64,000 nt of DNA from Escherichia phage JLBYU22, in sequence record OK272484.1. One strand, 5' to 3'. Position 1 is the stretch's first letter; each line of letters starts with the position of its first letter. Positions 31,335-43,324 of this stretch are shown here, piece by piece. The notes under the pieces were generated by a model. It saw only the letters and a program-made list of their open reading frames with translations, did not search any database and was not told the DNA's origin. The translations under genes and the position numbers were made by a program.

Positions 31335-31831
31335 AAAGTTTTAATAACCTCTATAATATCGTCTTGAGAAAGACCGTTAATTAAAATATGATGTTCAGCT
31401 GGAGATTTAGAAATTTTAAAGCATGCCTCAACATCTTCTGCCATATCCGATGCACTACGATTTGGATTACTAATACCAAGGCGGTGTTTTCCCGTCAAAG
31501 GATTAACGATGATATAGCATTTGCAGCTATTGATATGAACATTGGGTTGAGTCTGATTAATGAACACTTCACAATCATACTTAGCGAGTTGATTTTCTAA
31601 AAAGACTTTCATCTCTTCAACCGCATCAGGAAGCATATCACGGGCTTGCTCAAGACGACGATTTCGATATTCTTTAATGGTCGTTTTCCGCTTGACTTGC
31701 TTAGCTAAATCTTTCTTAAGATCGGTGATATATCCAACTCGACGATTTCCTTTGAATACAGAAATCCCATCTGTAGTATCACCGTATGCTTCAACGACCA
31801 TTTCAGTAGTAATAAGTTGTAAATCCATCAT
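31325..31831 (-). CDS. alc: Alc, inhibitor of host transcription
   Basis: 167/168 aa (tandem ATG), T4 Alc length; position upstream of pseT block. Confidence 0.8.
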   Translation of the reverse strand: MMDLQLITTEMVVEAYGDTTDGISVFKGNRRVGYITDLKKDLAKQVKRKTTIKEYRNRRLEQARDMLPDAVEEMKVFLENQLAKYDCEVFINQTQPNVHINSCKCYIIVNPLTGKHRLGISNPNRSASDMAEDVEACFKISKSPAEHHILINGLSQDDIIEVIKTLCN

Positions 31832-31838
31832 AAAGTCC

Positions 31839-33480
<1,642 letters not shown>

Positions 33481-33488
33481 AATAAAAT

Positions 33489-33502
33489 GGGCCTTGCGGC
33501 CC
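33489..33502 (-). other. GC hairpin between nrdB stop and denA start (possible terminator or attenuator)
   Basis: GGGCC-TTGC-GGCCC stem-loop, T-rich after stem on minus strand, 9 nt upstream of denA ATG. Confidence 0.4.
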
Positions 33503-33507
33503 ACTCC

Positions 33508-34686
33508 TTAAAAATATTTTTTAAAACTCATCATAACTTTATCATCAACATCATTATCAATCTGTGCTACAAGGTAAGATGACAGTTCTACTTCTTGCGG
33601 TGCAGATTGAACATTATCAGAATTAAGATATTCACGAATCCAAGGATATGGATGTTTAACCGGAGCATCGGTAATTGGGCATGGAAGACCGCACTGTTTC
33701 ATACGAGATACAGTTAAGTAATCAATAAAGCTCCACATGCTATTTGTATTTAATCCAGGAACATCGCCATCTTTAAATAAATGAACTGCCCAATCTTTTT
33801 CTTGGCGGTTAACTTCCATGAAAATATCAACTGCTTCTTGTTCACACTCTTGAGCAATTTTAACCCATTGATCGCCATCAGTACCAGATTGAAGTTGACG
33901 AATAATATATTGGGTGCCTTTAAGGTGAAGCTGTTCATCGCGTGCAATGAACTTCATAATCTTGGCATTACCTTCCATGATTTCCATGTTCTTATGGAAG
34001 TTAAAGGTACATGCGAAAGATACATAAAAACGAATAGCTTCCAATGCGTTGATTACATGCAAACAGAGGTAAAGAGATTTCATTAGCTCACGCTTCCAAT
34101 ATGTCTCATGCTCAATAGCATCTTCAATAACGTCTTCGTCTGCATTAATTTCTTTTTGGTATTCGATATCAGCTTTAGCGTTTTCCCAATAACGAGTTTT
34201 AATCAGAACATCATCATAATAACGTCCAATGGATTCAGCACGTTTCATAATAGCTTCATCTAATACAATTTCATCAAATACCTTCGATGGATCAGTATAA
34301 AGATTTCGCATGATATGAGTATATGAACGACTGTGAATAGTTTCACTAAAAGTCCATGTAGCAACCCATGTATCAAGGCTTGGGTCTGAAATTAATGACA
34401 TAAGTACAGCAGATGGCGCGCGACCCTGAATGCTATCTAAAAGTGATTGATACTTCAAGTTGTTAGTAAAAATATTTTGCTGATACTGAGGAAGCTTATT
34501 AAACTGTGCAGCATCCATCATCAAGTTTACTTCTTCAGGACGCCAGAAAAATGACAACTGCTTTTCGGTTAAATCTTCAAAAACTTTATGACGTTGAATA
34601 TCATAACGCGCAATACCAAGACCTGAACCAAAAAACATAGGTTCTTTTAAAACATCAACTGGATTTGTATTAAAAACTGTGCTCAT
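33508..34686 (-). CDS. nrdB: Ribonucleotide reductase small subunit NrdB (uninterrupted)
   Basis: 392-aa continuous ORF; no intron. Confidence 0.92.
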   Translation of the reverse strand: MSTVFNTNPVDVLKEPMFFGSGLGIARYDIQRHKVFEDLTEKQLSFFWRPEEVNLMMDAAQFNKLPQYQQNIFTNNLKYQSLLDSIQGRAPSAVLMSLISDPSLDTWVATWTFSETIHSRSYTHIMRNLYTDPSKVFDEIVLDEAIMKRAESIGRYYDDVLIKTRYWENAKADIEYQKEINADEDVIEDAIEHETYWKRELMKSLYLCLHVINALEAIRFYVSFACTFNFHKNMEIMEGNAKIMKFIARDEQLHLKGTQYIIRQLQSGTDGDQWVKIAQECEQEAVDIFMEVNRQEKDWAVHLFKDGDVPGLNTNSMWSFIDYLTVSRMKQCGLPCPITDAPVKHPYPWIREYLNSDNVQSAPQEVELSSYLVAQIDNDVDDKVMMSFKKYF

Positions 34687-34737
34687 AAATTTTCCACTTA
34701 GTTAATAGATAGTGACTCGTCCATGAGTCAAATTATA

Positions 34738-37002
34738 TCATAATTTACAGGATGAACAATCTTCAGCTTTTGGAGTTTCTATTTCATAATCATCAGTACC
34801 AGAACCATCACGGGTATTATGATAATAGAAATTTTTTCCGCCAAAATACCAAAAATACAAAAGGTCATCAATCATTATTGACATTGGAACCTTTCCTTTT
34901 GGAAAAATCTGTGGGTCATAATATGTATTCGCCGAAGCTGATTGACAAACCCATTTCAGCATAATAGCTACCTGCGTAAGATAAGGTTTATTACCTTTCT
35001 TAGCTAATTTCCATGTATAATCATAGAGGTCTATGTTATGCTCAATATTGGGCACGACTTGATTAAAGGAGCCCTCTTTTGATTCTTTAACAGAGACTGG
35101 TCCACGTGGAGGCTCGATACCGTTTGTACTGTTAGAAACTTGGGAAGATGACTCACATGGCATAAGTGCTGATAATGTGCTATTACGGATGCCAAAGAGC
35201 TTAAGGTCTTCCCGCAGCGACGACCAGTCACAAACGTATTTTGGAGCTGCGATTTGGTCAATCTTTTTATTGTACCAGTCGATAGGTAATTCGCCTCGAG
35301 ACCAACGAGTGTCTGAATAATATTCGCAAGGTCCTTTTTCTTTGGCGAGCTTAATGGATGCTTTAATGAGTCCATACTGTAATCTCTCAAATAGTTCATG
35401 TGTTAAATCGTTAGCATCTTCATAAGAAGCAAAGTTACTTGCCAGCCAAGCTGCATAGTTAGTAACACCTACACCGAGGTTACGACGCTTTTTAGCTTTT
35501 TCTGCTTCAGGAACTGGATATCCTTGGTAATCCAAAAGATTATCAAGAGCACGAACTTGGACTTCTGCCAATTCATTAATTTTATCTTGGTCTTGCCAGT
35601 CAAAATTATCCAGTACGAATGCAGAGAGAGTACACAATCCAATTTCAGCATCAGGACTATTCACATCATTTGTTGGAATAGCAATTTCACAGCACAAGTT
35701 ACTCTGACGAATAGGTGCCTTTTCACGAATAAACGGAGTATAGTTATTCGTATTATCAATGAACTGCACATAAATCCTTGCTGTTCCTGAACGTTCAGTC
35801 ATGAGCAATTCAAATAGTTCACGGGCTTTAATACGCTTTTTACGAATATTAGGGTCTTTTTCTGCAGCTTCATACAATTCACGGAAACGGTCTTGGTCTT
35901 TAAAATAAGAATAATAAAGCTCGCCGCCCATTTCATGCGGACTGAACAAAGTAATGTAATCGTTCTTTCCGAATCGTTCCATCATCAAATCATTCAGCTG
36001 AACACCATAATCCATGTGACGAATGCGGTTTTCTTCTACGCCTTTGTTATTTTTCAAAACGAGAAGATTTTCAACTTCCAAATGCCAAATAGGATAATAA
36101 GCAGTAGCAGCGCCGCCACGAATTCCACCCTGTGAACATGATTTAACTGCAGTCTGAAAATGTTTCCAAAAAGGAATAACACCAGTATGACGTACTTCAC
36201 CCATGCCAATCTTAGAACCTTCGGCACGAATCATACCAACGTTAATACCAATTCCAGCGCGTTTAGAGATATATTCAACAATTGAAGCGGAAGCCTTATT
36301 GATAGACTTTAATGAATCACCTGCCTCAATAACAACGCATGAACTAAACTGTCGAGTCGGAGTACGACAACCAGCCATAATAGGAGTTGGCAATGAAATC
36401 TGTCGAGTAGATACTGCTTCATAAAAACGGATAACATGTTTTAATCTATCAACAGGTTCATCTTGATGCAGTGCCATTCCAATAGTCATAAATGCAAACT
36501 GCGGAGTTTCATAAATTTGACCGGTGGTTTTATCTTTGACTAGATATTTTTCTTTTAATTGCATCGCTCCGGAATAAGTAAATTCCATATCCCGCTCGTG
36601 CTTAATTTTTGATTCTAAAAATGTAATTTCTTCCGCAGAATATTTTGACAATAATTCAGAGTCATATTTCCCTTCATTTACGCAATAAGAAATATGGTCA
36701 ATAAATGAACGCGGTTCATACTGCCCGTAAACATGCTTACGAAGAGCAAACATTAAACAGCGTGCAGCTACATATTGATAATCAGGCTCTTCAACCGAAA
36801 TAGAATTCGCAGCAGCCTTAATGACAATAGTCTGAATATCATCAGTTGTCATTCCATCACGGAGATAAGATTTAATATTTTCATATAATTCATAAGGATC
36901 TACTGATGTTCCTTCAGCTGCCCAAGATAAAACTTTAATAATTTTTTGTGGGTCGAAGCTCTGAGAAACACCACTACTTTTGATAACATTAATTAATTGC
37001 AT
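34738..37002 (-). CDS. nrdA: Ribonucleotide reductase large subunit NrdA
   Basis: 754 aa, same as T4 NrdA. Confidence 0.95.
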   Translation of the reverse strand: MQLINVIKSSGVSQSFDPQKIIKVLSWAAEGTSVDPYELYENIKSYLRDGMTTDDIQTIVIKAAANSISVEEPDYQYVAARCLMFALRKHVYGQYEPRSFIDHISYCVNEGKYDSELLSKYSAEEITFLESKIKHERDMEFTYSGAMQLKEKYLVKDKTTGQIYETPQFAFMTIGMALHQDEPVDRLKHVIRFYEAVSTRQISLPTPIMAGCRTPTRQFSSCVVIEAGDSLKSINKASASIVEYISKRAGIGINVGMIRAEGSKIGMGEVRHTGVIPFWKHFQTAVKSCSQGGIRGGAATAYYPIWHLEVENLLVLKNNKGVEENRIRHMDYGVQLNDLMMERFGKNDYITLFSPHEMGGELYYSYFKDQDRFRELYEAAEKDPNIRKKRIKARELFELLMTERSGTARIYVQFIDNTNNYTPFIREKAPIRQSNLCCEIAIPTNDVNSPDAEIGLCTLSAFVLDNFDWQDQDKINELAEVQVRALDNLLDYQGYPVPEAEKAKKRRNLGVGVTNYAAWLASNFASYEDANDLTHELFERLQYGLIKASIKLAKEKGPCEYYSDTRWSRGELPIDWYNKKIDQIAAPKYVCDWSSLREDLKLFGIRNSTLSALMPCESSSQVSNSTNGIEPPRGPVSVKESKEGSFNQVVPNIEHNIDLYDYTWKLAKKGNKPYLTQVAIMLKWVCQSASANTYYDPQIFPKGKVPMSIMIDDLLYFWYFGGKNFYYHNTRDGSGTDDYEIETPKAEDCSSCKL

Positions 37003-37319
37003 AAGTCCTCAACTTGAAAATCGTCTTTAAACAATCGGTTAACTATATGAGCTATTATATCACCATGACACGGCTTTGGTTTACATGTGCATCCTAGCCT
37101 CATTCCACGTAAAGGCTCTAAATGTGCTTTAGTTATTTCTCCGGATTTAATTCGACGTATAAAATCTTTTTTGAATAATTCAATGGCAGCCTCCCGGCTG
37201 CCAGCATCTTTACCGACGTAATTTCCCCAAAATGTACCACGGTGAATATTAACATCAAAGTCGGATTTGTATTTATTCACTACCCGGCATAGACGGCCCG
37301 CGCTGGAATAATTCGTCAT
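36993..37319 (-). CDS. Hypothetical Cys/His-motif protein (position of T4 nrdA.1)
   Basis: 108 aa; motif [13 protein letters not shown] near C-terminus. Confidence 0.55.
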
Positions 37320-37536
37320 ATTGTTTTTCCGTTAATACAGTAATATCATAGTAACAGTCAGAAGAAGTTTTAACTGTGGAAATTTTATTATCAAAATACT
37401 CACGAGTCATTTTATGAGTATAGTATTTTTTACCATAAATGGTAATAGGCTGTTCTGGTCCTGGAACTTCTAACTCGCTTGGGTTAGGAAGTGTAAAAAG
37501 AACAACGCCAGAAGTATCTTTAAATCGTAAAATCAT
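37273..37536 (-). CDS. Hypothetical protein (position of T4 nrdA.2)
   Basis: 87-aa ORF coupled to td. Confidence 0.5.
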
Positions 37537-38393
37537 ATTGCCATTTTCCCTTTAATTGCTGGATGCGATTCATAATTTTCAAGGATAAAATCTTTCGGTT
37601 TCATGTATTCAGTTAACCAGTAAAGCTGTGTTTCGGTGTCACAATTTCCAAACTCTATAGGCCAATCAATTTTAAGTTCACATAGTTCTTTAGGCTCACG
37701 ACGTAAAATTTCTTTACATTGCTCAGTATGATTCATATAGATGTGAGTATTACCACCAGAAAATATCAAATCTCCTGGGATAAGATTACACATCTTAGCC
37801 ACAATATGCGTCAAGGCAGCGTACGAGGCAATGTTGAATGGCAATCCCAAGAAAACATCTACACTTCTTTGGTACCATTGTAAATCAAGATAACCATTAC
37901 GCACATTAAACTGATAGAACATATGACAGGGCGGTAATGCCATTTGATTGATTTCAGCTGGATTCCATGCTGAAACGATTTGACGTCGATCAGTTGGTAA
38001 TTTTTTAATACGATCAATAGTTTCAACTAATTGATCCACACCACCGAAATCACGCCATTGTTTACCGTATATAGGACCAAGTTCACCACTATGATATCCT
38101 AGGTCTTTAGCCTGGTTTTCATAGTTATCGTCCCAAATAGTTTTACCTTGAATAAGACTGCCATGAGTGCGAAGACGTAAATCATTAACATTGGTAGAAC
38201 CGGAAATAAACCATAGAAGCTCAGCAATGCATGCATTCCAGGCGAGCTTTTTAGTTGTTACTGCAGGAAAACCTTTGGTTAAATCCCAACGCAATTTAGT
38301 ACCGAACAAAGCAATTGTTCCTGTGCCTGTTCGGTCATCGGTTTCATAACCATTTTCAAAAATGTCTTTAATTAAATCTTGGTATTGTTTCAT
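37533..38393 (-). CDS. td: Thymidylate synthase (uninterrupted)
   Basis: 286 aa continuous; active-site PPCHMFYQF; no group I intron. Confidence 0.95.
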
Positions 38394-38437
38394 TTAGTAC
38401 CTTATATAAATTATAATACATTTTATGAAGCTAATAA

Positions 38438-38797
38438 TTAATACGGTTTAGCATCAAATTTTCTCTCAATTTCAGGCGTGAAATATAATTCTTTACCGCG
38501 TTTGGAAAAACGACCAATAATATGATAATTATTCTCATCAAACGTGATATTGCCGATATCCATAGCTTTCAACCAAATATCGATATTTCTGTCAAGCTTT
38601 ATATCAAAATTCCAATACGGAGAACTATTACCAAAAATACTGCAAGCGGATTCAGTGAAACAACTGCTATAAATTTTGTCTTTAGGAACTATTAATTGAT
38701 AGACGCCTTTAATAAACTGAGGACCTTGCCATTTTGGTTGTTTCGCGTCTTTTTCTAATAGAATAGGGTAATAATTAAAATTCATATTTTCCGCCAC
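38438..38797 (-). CDS. Hypothetical protein in an insertion between frd and td
   Basis: 119-aa ORF; frd and td overlap in T4. Confidence 0.6.
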   Translation of the reverse strand: MAENMNFNYYPILLEKDAKQPKWQGPQFIKGVYQLIVPKDKIYSSCFTESACSIFGNSSPYWNFDIKLDRNIDIWLKAMDIGNITFDENNYHIIGRFSKRGKELYFTPEIERKFDAKPY

Positions 38798-38805
38798 GTA
38801 TTATT

Positions 38806-39632
<827 letters not shown>

Positions 39633-39643
39633 ATTATCTCCTA

Positions 39644-39976
39644 TTAAAAAGGATCAGGAATATATCCGCTAGCTTTAATCATTTTAATTAACGTTAGCAT
39701 TCCTTTATTAACCGCTAGTGAGATTTCATCAAAAACTTCATCACTAAAAAGTTCTAACACACCCTTCTGAACTTTTAATTTACAGCCAACAATTTCGTCA
39801 TCGCCTATAGTAAATTCATTACCACCAATTCCTCCGAAAAACTTAATTACACCAGTTAACTGTCTTCCACGAGAATATGGGTCGTGTGATAAAGTAATAT
39901 GAGTCACCCCGGGTACAGTTTTAAATTGGCAGCGAATATTTACTTGAGCAATTCCAGTTACATGAATGTCAGACAT
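39644..39976 (-). CDS. Hypothetical protein (position of frd.2)
   Basis: 110-aa ORF. Confidence 0.55.
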   Translation of the reverse strand: MSDIHVTGIAQVNIRCQFKTVPGVTHITLSHDPYSRGRQLTGVIKFFGGIGGNEFTIGDDEIVGCKLKVQKGVLELFSDEVFDEISLAVNKGMLTLIKMIKASGYIPDPF

Positions 39977-39986
39977 AATATTTTCC

Positions 39987-40229
39987 TCAAACAGACTTTT
40001 TCACAATTTTCCAATCAGCTTTAAACTGCTCGACGTCAGAATGGTAAATCCAAAATCCTGCGCTTTCTCCGTCTTCATAAAGAGGACATCCATCGCATTC
40101 ATCTTCCCATCCCATATCACGTAAAAGATGTTCAGCTTTTTCAACAAGTTCAGAATCTTTACCGATGATATTAAAATACCATTTACCTCTAACTTCCGAA
40201 TCTTTGATGCTCTGACGTTGTAATCTCAT
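39987..40229 (-). CDS. Hypothetical protein (position of frd.3)
   Basis: 80-aa ORF with early promoter upstream. Confidence 0.5.
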   Translation of the reverse strand: MRLQRQSIKDSEVRGKWYFNIIGKDSELVEKAEHLLRDMGWEDECDGCPLYEDGESAGFWIYHSDVEQFKADWKIVKKSV

Positions 40230-40240
40230 TTTATTCTCCT

Positions 40241-40300
40241 CAGTAGTTGATAGGGTAATAGTATCACACTACTACCCTGATGTAAACTACTTTTTGAAAG
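40241..40300 (-). promoter_or_regulatory. Early promoter cassette (family 2): GTTTAC -35, 18-nt spacer, TACTAT-type -10, conserved leader ...CTATCAACTACTG
   Basis: Shares leader and -35 region with elements near 40965, 58105, 61411, 62140. Confidence 0.5.
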
Positions 40301-40652
40301 TTTTTCGCAAAAGTTCAATGATTTCATCTACATTATTTTCGTCTACAATGCAGTGAATTTTTGTTACGCCAGAAACCTTGTCTTCGACTTCATCTTCTTC
40401 AGAAGTCGGTTCTTTATACTCACGAAAACAATGAAATTCGTCTTCACAAACGTTAAAGTAAAAATGCTTTCCATTTGCGCATTCAATGTGTTTTATTACT
40501 CTAAATCCATCAACAAAGAAAGCTTCTTTAACTTCAAACCATCCACCATTTTCTTGAATAATTTTAACTATTGATGAATTAGAACGCGGGCGATAATTAA
40601 TAAATGTATCAATAAGTCTTGGAACAAGCTCATACTTTTTGCCAATATACAT
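40287..40652 (-). CDS. Hypothetical protein in the variable slot between gene 32 and the frd block
   Basis: 121-aa ORF. Confidence 0.55.
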   Translation of the reverse strand: MYIGKKYELVPRLIDTFINYRPRSNSSIVKIIQENGGWFEVKEAFFVDGFRVIKHIECANGKHFYFNVCEDEFHCFREYKEPTSEEDEVEDKVSGVTKIHCIVDENNVDEIIELLRKTFKK

Positions 40653-40696
40653 TACATTTTCCTCATTTTAACGGGGCTGTAATAGCCCCTTGATAA

Positions 40697-40948
40697 TTAT
40701 TGTTCAATCAATCCCATGTAAAATTCTGTGTCTTCAGAATCCATGCCATCACAATATTCATTAGCCATAAAGCGGGTGAGGTCTTCAAGAGGACCTTCAA
40801 TGACAATAGAAAAATTGCAATAATTGGGATCATCGTGAATACTTGTGATACTAAGTTCAGGATAACGATTACGAATAATTTCTTCGATATATTCAAAATC
40901 AACGATGTCAATATCAACTTTAGCCATATTATTTTCCTCTTTAATCAT
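40697..40948 (-). CDS. Hypothetical acidic protein
   Basis: 83-aa ORF with AGAGG Shine-Dalgarno and own early promoter. Confidence 0.55.
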   Translation of the reverse strand: MIKEENNMAKVDIDIVDFEYIEEIIRNRYPELSITSIHDDPNYCNFSIVIEGPLEDLTRFMANEYCDGMDSEDTEFYMGLIEQ

Positions 40949-40964
40949 CAGCAGTATTGCCGAT

Positions 40965-41025
40965 AGTTGTATAGTACCATGGAAGAACAGGGATGTAAAC
41001 AGTTTTGTGAAAAAATTTTTGAAAT
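40965..41025 (-). promoter_or_regulatory. Early promoter cassette (family 2) with A/T-rich UP element
   Basis: Minus strand ttttttatttcaaaaattttttcacaaaactGTTTACA...TACTATacaactatc. Confidence 0.55.
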
Positions 41026-41031
41026 AAAAAA

Positions 41032-41050
41032 GGGGACCCTAGAGGTCCCC
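41032..41050 (-). terminator. Rho-independent terminator after gene 32
   Basis: GGGGACC-CTAGA-GGTCCCC hairpin followed by T7 tract on minus strand. Confidence 0.7.
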
Positions 41051-41072
41051 AATTAATTAGTAATATAATCTA

Positions 41073-41981
41073 TTAAAGGTCATTCAAAAGGTCATCCAGG
41101 TCCGTGTCATCAGCACTAGATGAACTGCCAGAGCTTGAGCTCATAAAATCATCTTCAGTTTTTGTATTGAAGTCATCAACATTGAATGCATCCAAATCAT
41201 CAGCAACTTTATCAGCTTTCTTAGCGGCAGTTGCTGCGGCACCGCCCATCACAGCAGTTCCCATAACTTGACCGAATTTAGTGCTCAGTTCTTCAAATGA
41301 TTTGAATTTATCTTTAGAAGTCATTTCAGAAAGGTCAACCATTTGTTCGAACAGTTCTTTCTGGAAAGATTTATCGTCAATGTTTGGAATCGCAGATTGA
41401 TTCAGGAATTTAGATTCATCGTAGTTACTAAATCCAGAAACTTGTTTAACTTTCAGTACAAAGTTAGCACCTTCCCACGGACAAGTTACATCAACCGGAG
41501 TTTCACCCATTTCAACATCAACTGCAATCATCGCGTTGATTTTATCCCAGATTTTCTTACCGAAACGATATTTAAATACTTTACCTTCGTTTTCTGGAGC
41601 AGCTGGGTCTTTTACTACAAGAATGTTAGCCCAGTAAGAAGTTTTACGTTTAACAAGACTGTACTCTTTATTGTCAGTGTTGTACAGATCATTTTTACTG
41701 ATGTACTGACATACTGGGCAAGAATCGTAATCACCGTGGGTAGATGAACAGTTTTCAATATACCATTTACCATTTTTCTTGAAACCGTGATTTACAAGAA
41801 TTGCGAATGGTGCTTGTTCATCATTTTTAGACGGAAGAAAACGAATTACTGCTTGACCGTTACCCGCATTGTCGAGTTTCAGTTTCCACTCGCCTTTATC
41901 TTCAGAAGAAAAACCACCTTTATTTCCAGCCAGTTTAGCCATTTGTGCAGCGAGTTCAGCAGTAGATTTACGTTTAAACAT
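41073..41981 (-). CDS. 32: Single-stranded DNA-binding protein gp32
   Basis: 302 aa; acidic serine-rich C-terminus; Zn-binding Cys/His region. Confidence 0.95.
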   Translation of the reverse strand: MFKRKSTAELAAQMAKLAGNKGGFSSEDKGEWKLKLDNAGNGQAVIRFLPSKNDEQAPFAILVNHGFKKNGKWYIENCSSTHGDYDSCPVCQYISKNDLYNTDNKEYSLVKRKTSYWANILVVKDPAAPENEGKVFKYRFGKKIWDKINAMIAVDVEMGETPVDVTCPWEGANFVLKVKQVSGFSNYDESKFLNQSAIPNIDDKSFQKELFEQMVDLSEMTSKDKFKSFEELSTKFGQVMGTAVMGGAAATAAKKADKVADDLDAFNVDDFNTKTEDDFMSSSSGSSSSADDTDLDDLLNDL

Positions 41982-42013
41982 TTTTATTTCCTTTTTAATT
42001 TAATTAACAGTTG

Positions 42014-42048
42014 GTGCTATGACGATGTATGACCTCATAGCTGGTCAG
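42014..42048 (-). promoter_or_regulatory. Gene 32 mRNA leader pseudoknot (translational autoregulation operator)
   Basis: Minus strand CTGACCAGCTATGAGGTCATACATCGTCATAGCAC, then A/U-rich leader before the ATG. Confidence 0.65.
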
Positions 42049-42064
42049 TGAGATAATTATAATC

Positions 42065-42072
42065 TATTTATA
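42065..42072 (-). promoter_or_regulatory. T4 late promoter (TATAAATA on minus strand) upstream of gene 32
   Basis: Exact reverse-complement TATAAATA. Confidence 0.5.
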
Positions 42073-42080
42073 ATAAGCAA

Positions 42081-42734
42081 TTAATACTTACAAGATTTCA
42101 CAGTTTCAATGAAAACACTTTTAGCTTTCTGTGAATCAATATTTAAAATTTTTCTATAAGCCTTTAACTTTATAGAATAATTATTCCAGACTAAATTATC
42201 AGTCTGTTCATCATGTTTATCAATTATATTTAAAAACGAATCAAGCAAGATAAACGTCTCAAACGAAATTATATTCGATTGAAGTAGTTTAAAAATATAA
42301 CTTGATTGAACTTTTGGATTATACTCAAAGATTTCTTTAAAAGCAGAAACTTCAACTTTTTTACTAAAATAATAAATGTTGCGAATATCTTCTTCAAACT
42401 TAAATTTAATTTGCTTTAAGCGTCCGATATATTCACGATAAAACACAAGTGCATCAGCGTCAGAGATGTCACCAATCCAAGCATCTTGGTTAGCAACCAA
42501 ATTGCTTATAAAGATTAAAGCAAGTTCCTTTAATTTATATTTTTCTGATAACTTCTGGAAAAAATACTTATCCCTTCGCTTTTGATAAGCGGCATCAGAC
42601 ACCCGCATGCACCAATTATACTTAATTACATCATACTTTCCATTCATATGTTGTTTTATCATTAAGTATAATTTATAAACTGATTTACCATCAATGTATC
42701 TTTCACCACCAGCAGGCATGCGGAGTTTAATCAT
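42081..42734 (-). CDS. 59: Helicase loader gp59
   Basis: 217 aa, same as T4 gp59. Confidence 0.9.
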   Translation of the reverse strand: MIKLRMPAGGERYIDGKSVYKLYLMIKQHMNGKYDVIKYNWCMRVSDAAYQKRRDKYFFQKLSEKYKLKELALIFISNLVANQDAWIGDISDADALVFYREYIGRLKQIKFKFEEDIRNIYYFSKKVEVSAFKEIFEYNPKVQSSYIFKLLQSNIISFETFILLDSFLNIIDKHDEQTDNLVWNNYSIKLKAYRKILNIDSQKAKSVFIETVKSCKY

Positions 42735-43069
42735 AGTAGAAAATCTAATGTATTAGTTTTTTCACAACGAACAACAGAAGGACGTAAAAGATTTTCGTCA
42801 ATAGCTTCTGACTGAATTTTTTCAATTATACCCGAAGGAATAAATTTAGCAAATTGAGTTTCAGGAATAGAATTTTCTTCTAAGAATGCTGTTGTAGCTT
42901 CAAGATAACTCATTCCAAACTCTTCTACCATTTTTTCAATAATAAATCCATTTTCTTGACGGTCAAGAAGCTTTGCAATTTCATCCTTTTCTTTCTTAAT
43001 TGAAAGTTCTTTTTCTGAAAGACCGGTCTCATCGACCGGACGAATATCATTTAGAGAAAACTGTGTCAT
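42731..43069 (-). CDS. 33: Late transcription accessory protein gp33
   Basis: 112 aa from ATG at 43067..43069 (MTQFSL...); track ORF starts at a non-ATG codon upstream. Confidence 0.85.
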   Translation of the reverse strand: MTQFSLNDIRPVDETGLSEKELSIKKEKDEIAKLLDRQENGFIIEKMVEEFGMSYLEATTAFLEENSIPETQFAKFIPSGIIEKIQSEAIDENLLRPSVVRCEKTNTLDFLL

Positions 43070-43316
43070 AAAGTTCAACTACCTCTTCAGTTTCAGCTTC
43101 AAACACATCACGGTTATCTTTATGATACAAAGCTAACAGACGATTAAACATCTTGCCATCAACACCAAGTTCATCTTTGGCACGAATTCGAATATCTTTA
43201 ATCAATTCATTATAACCAGAAATTTTCAGTTTATGATCAGATGCTTCTTTAATAAATTTAGCCAAATCTTCGCCATGGATAGCTTCATCAAATTCAACCA
43301 TTTCTTTTTTAGCCAT
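43047..43316 (-). CDS. dsbA: Double-stranded DNA-binding protein DsbA
   Basis: 89 aa, same as T4 DsbA. Confidence 0.85.
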   Translation of the reverse strand: MAKKEMVEFDEAIHGEDLAKFIKEASDHKLKISGYNELIKDIRIRAKDELGVDGKMFNRLLALYHKDNRDVFEAETEEVVELYDTVFSK

Positions 43317-43324
43317 TATTCACC

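Noticed and set aside
40241-40290. Imperfect inverted repeat agggtaatagt / actactaccct as a terminator
   Set aside because: No T-tract follows on the minus strand and it coincides with a family-2 early promoter; more likely promoter/leader sequence than a terminator.
43070-43078. Longer gp33 start (115 aa) in the ORF track
   Set aside because: The upstream start is a TTG; the ATG at 43067..43069 gives the 112-aa protein matching T4 gp33.
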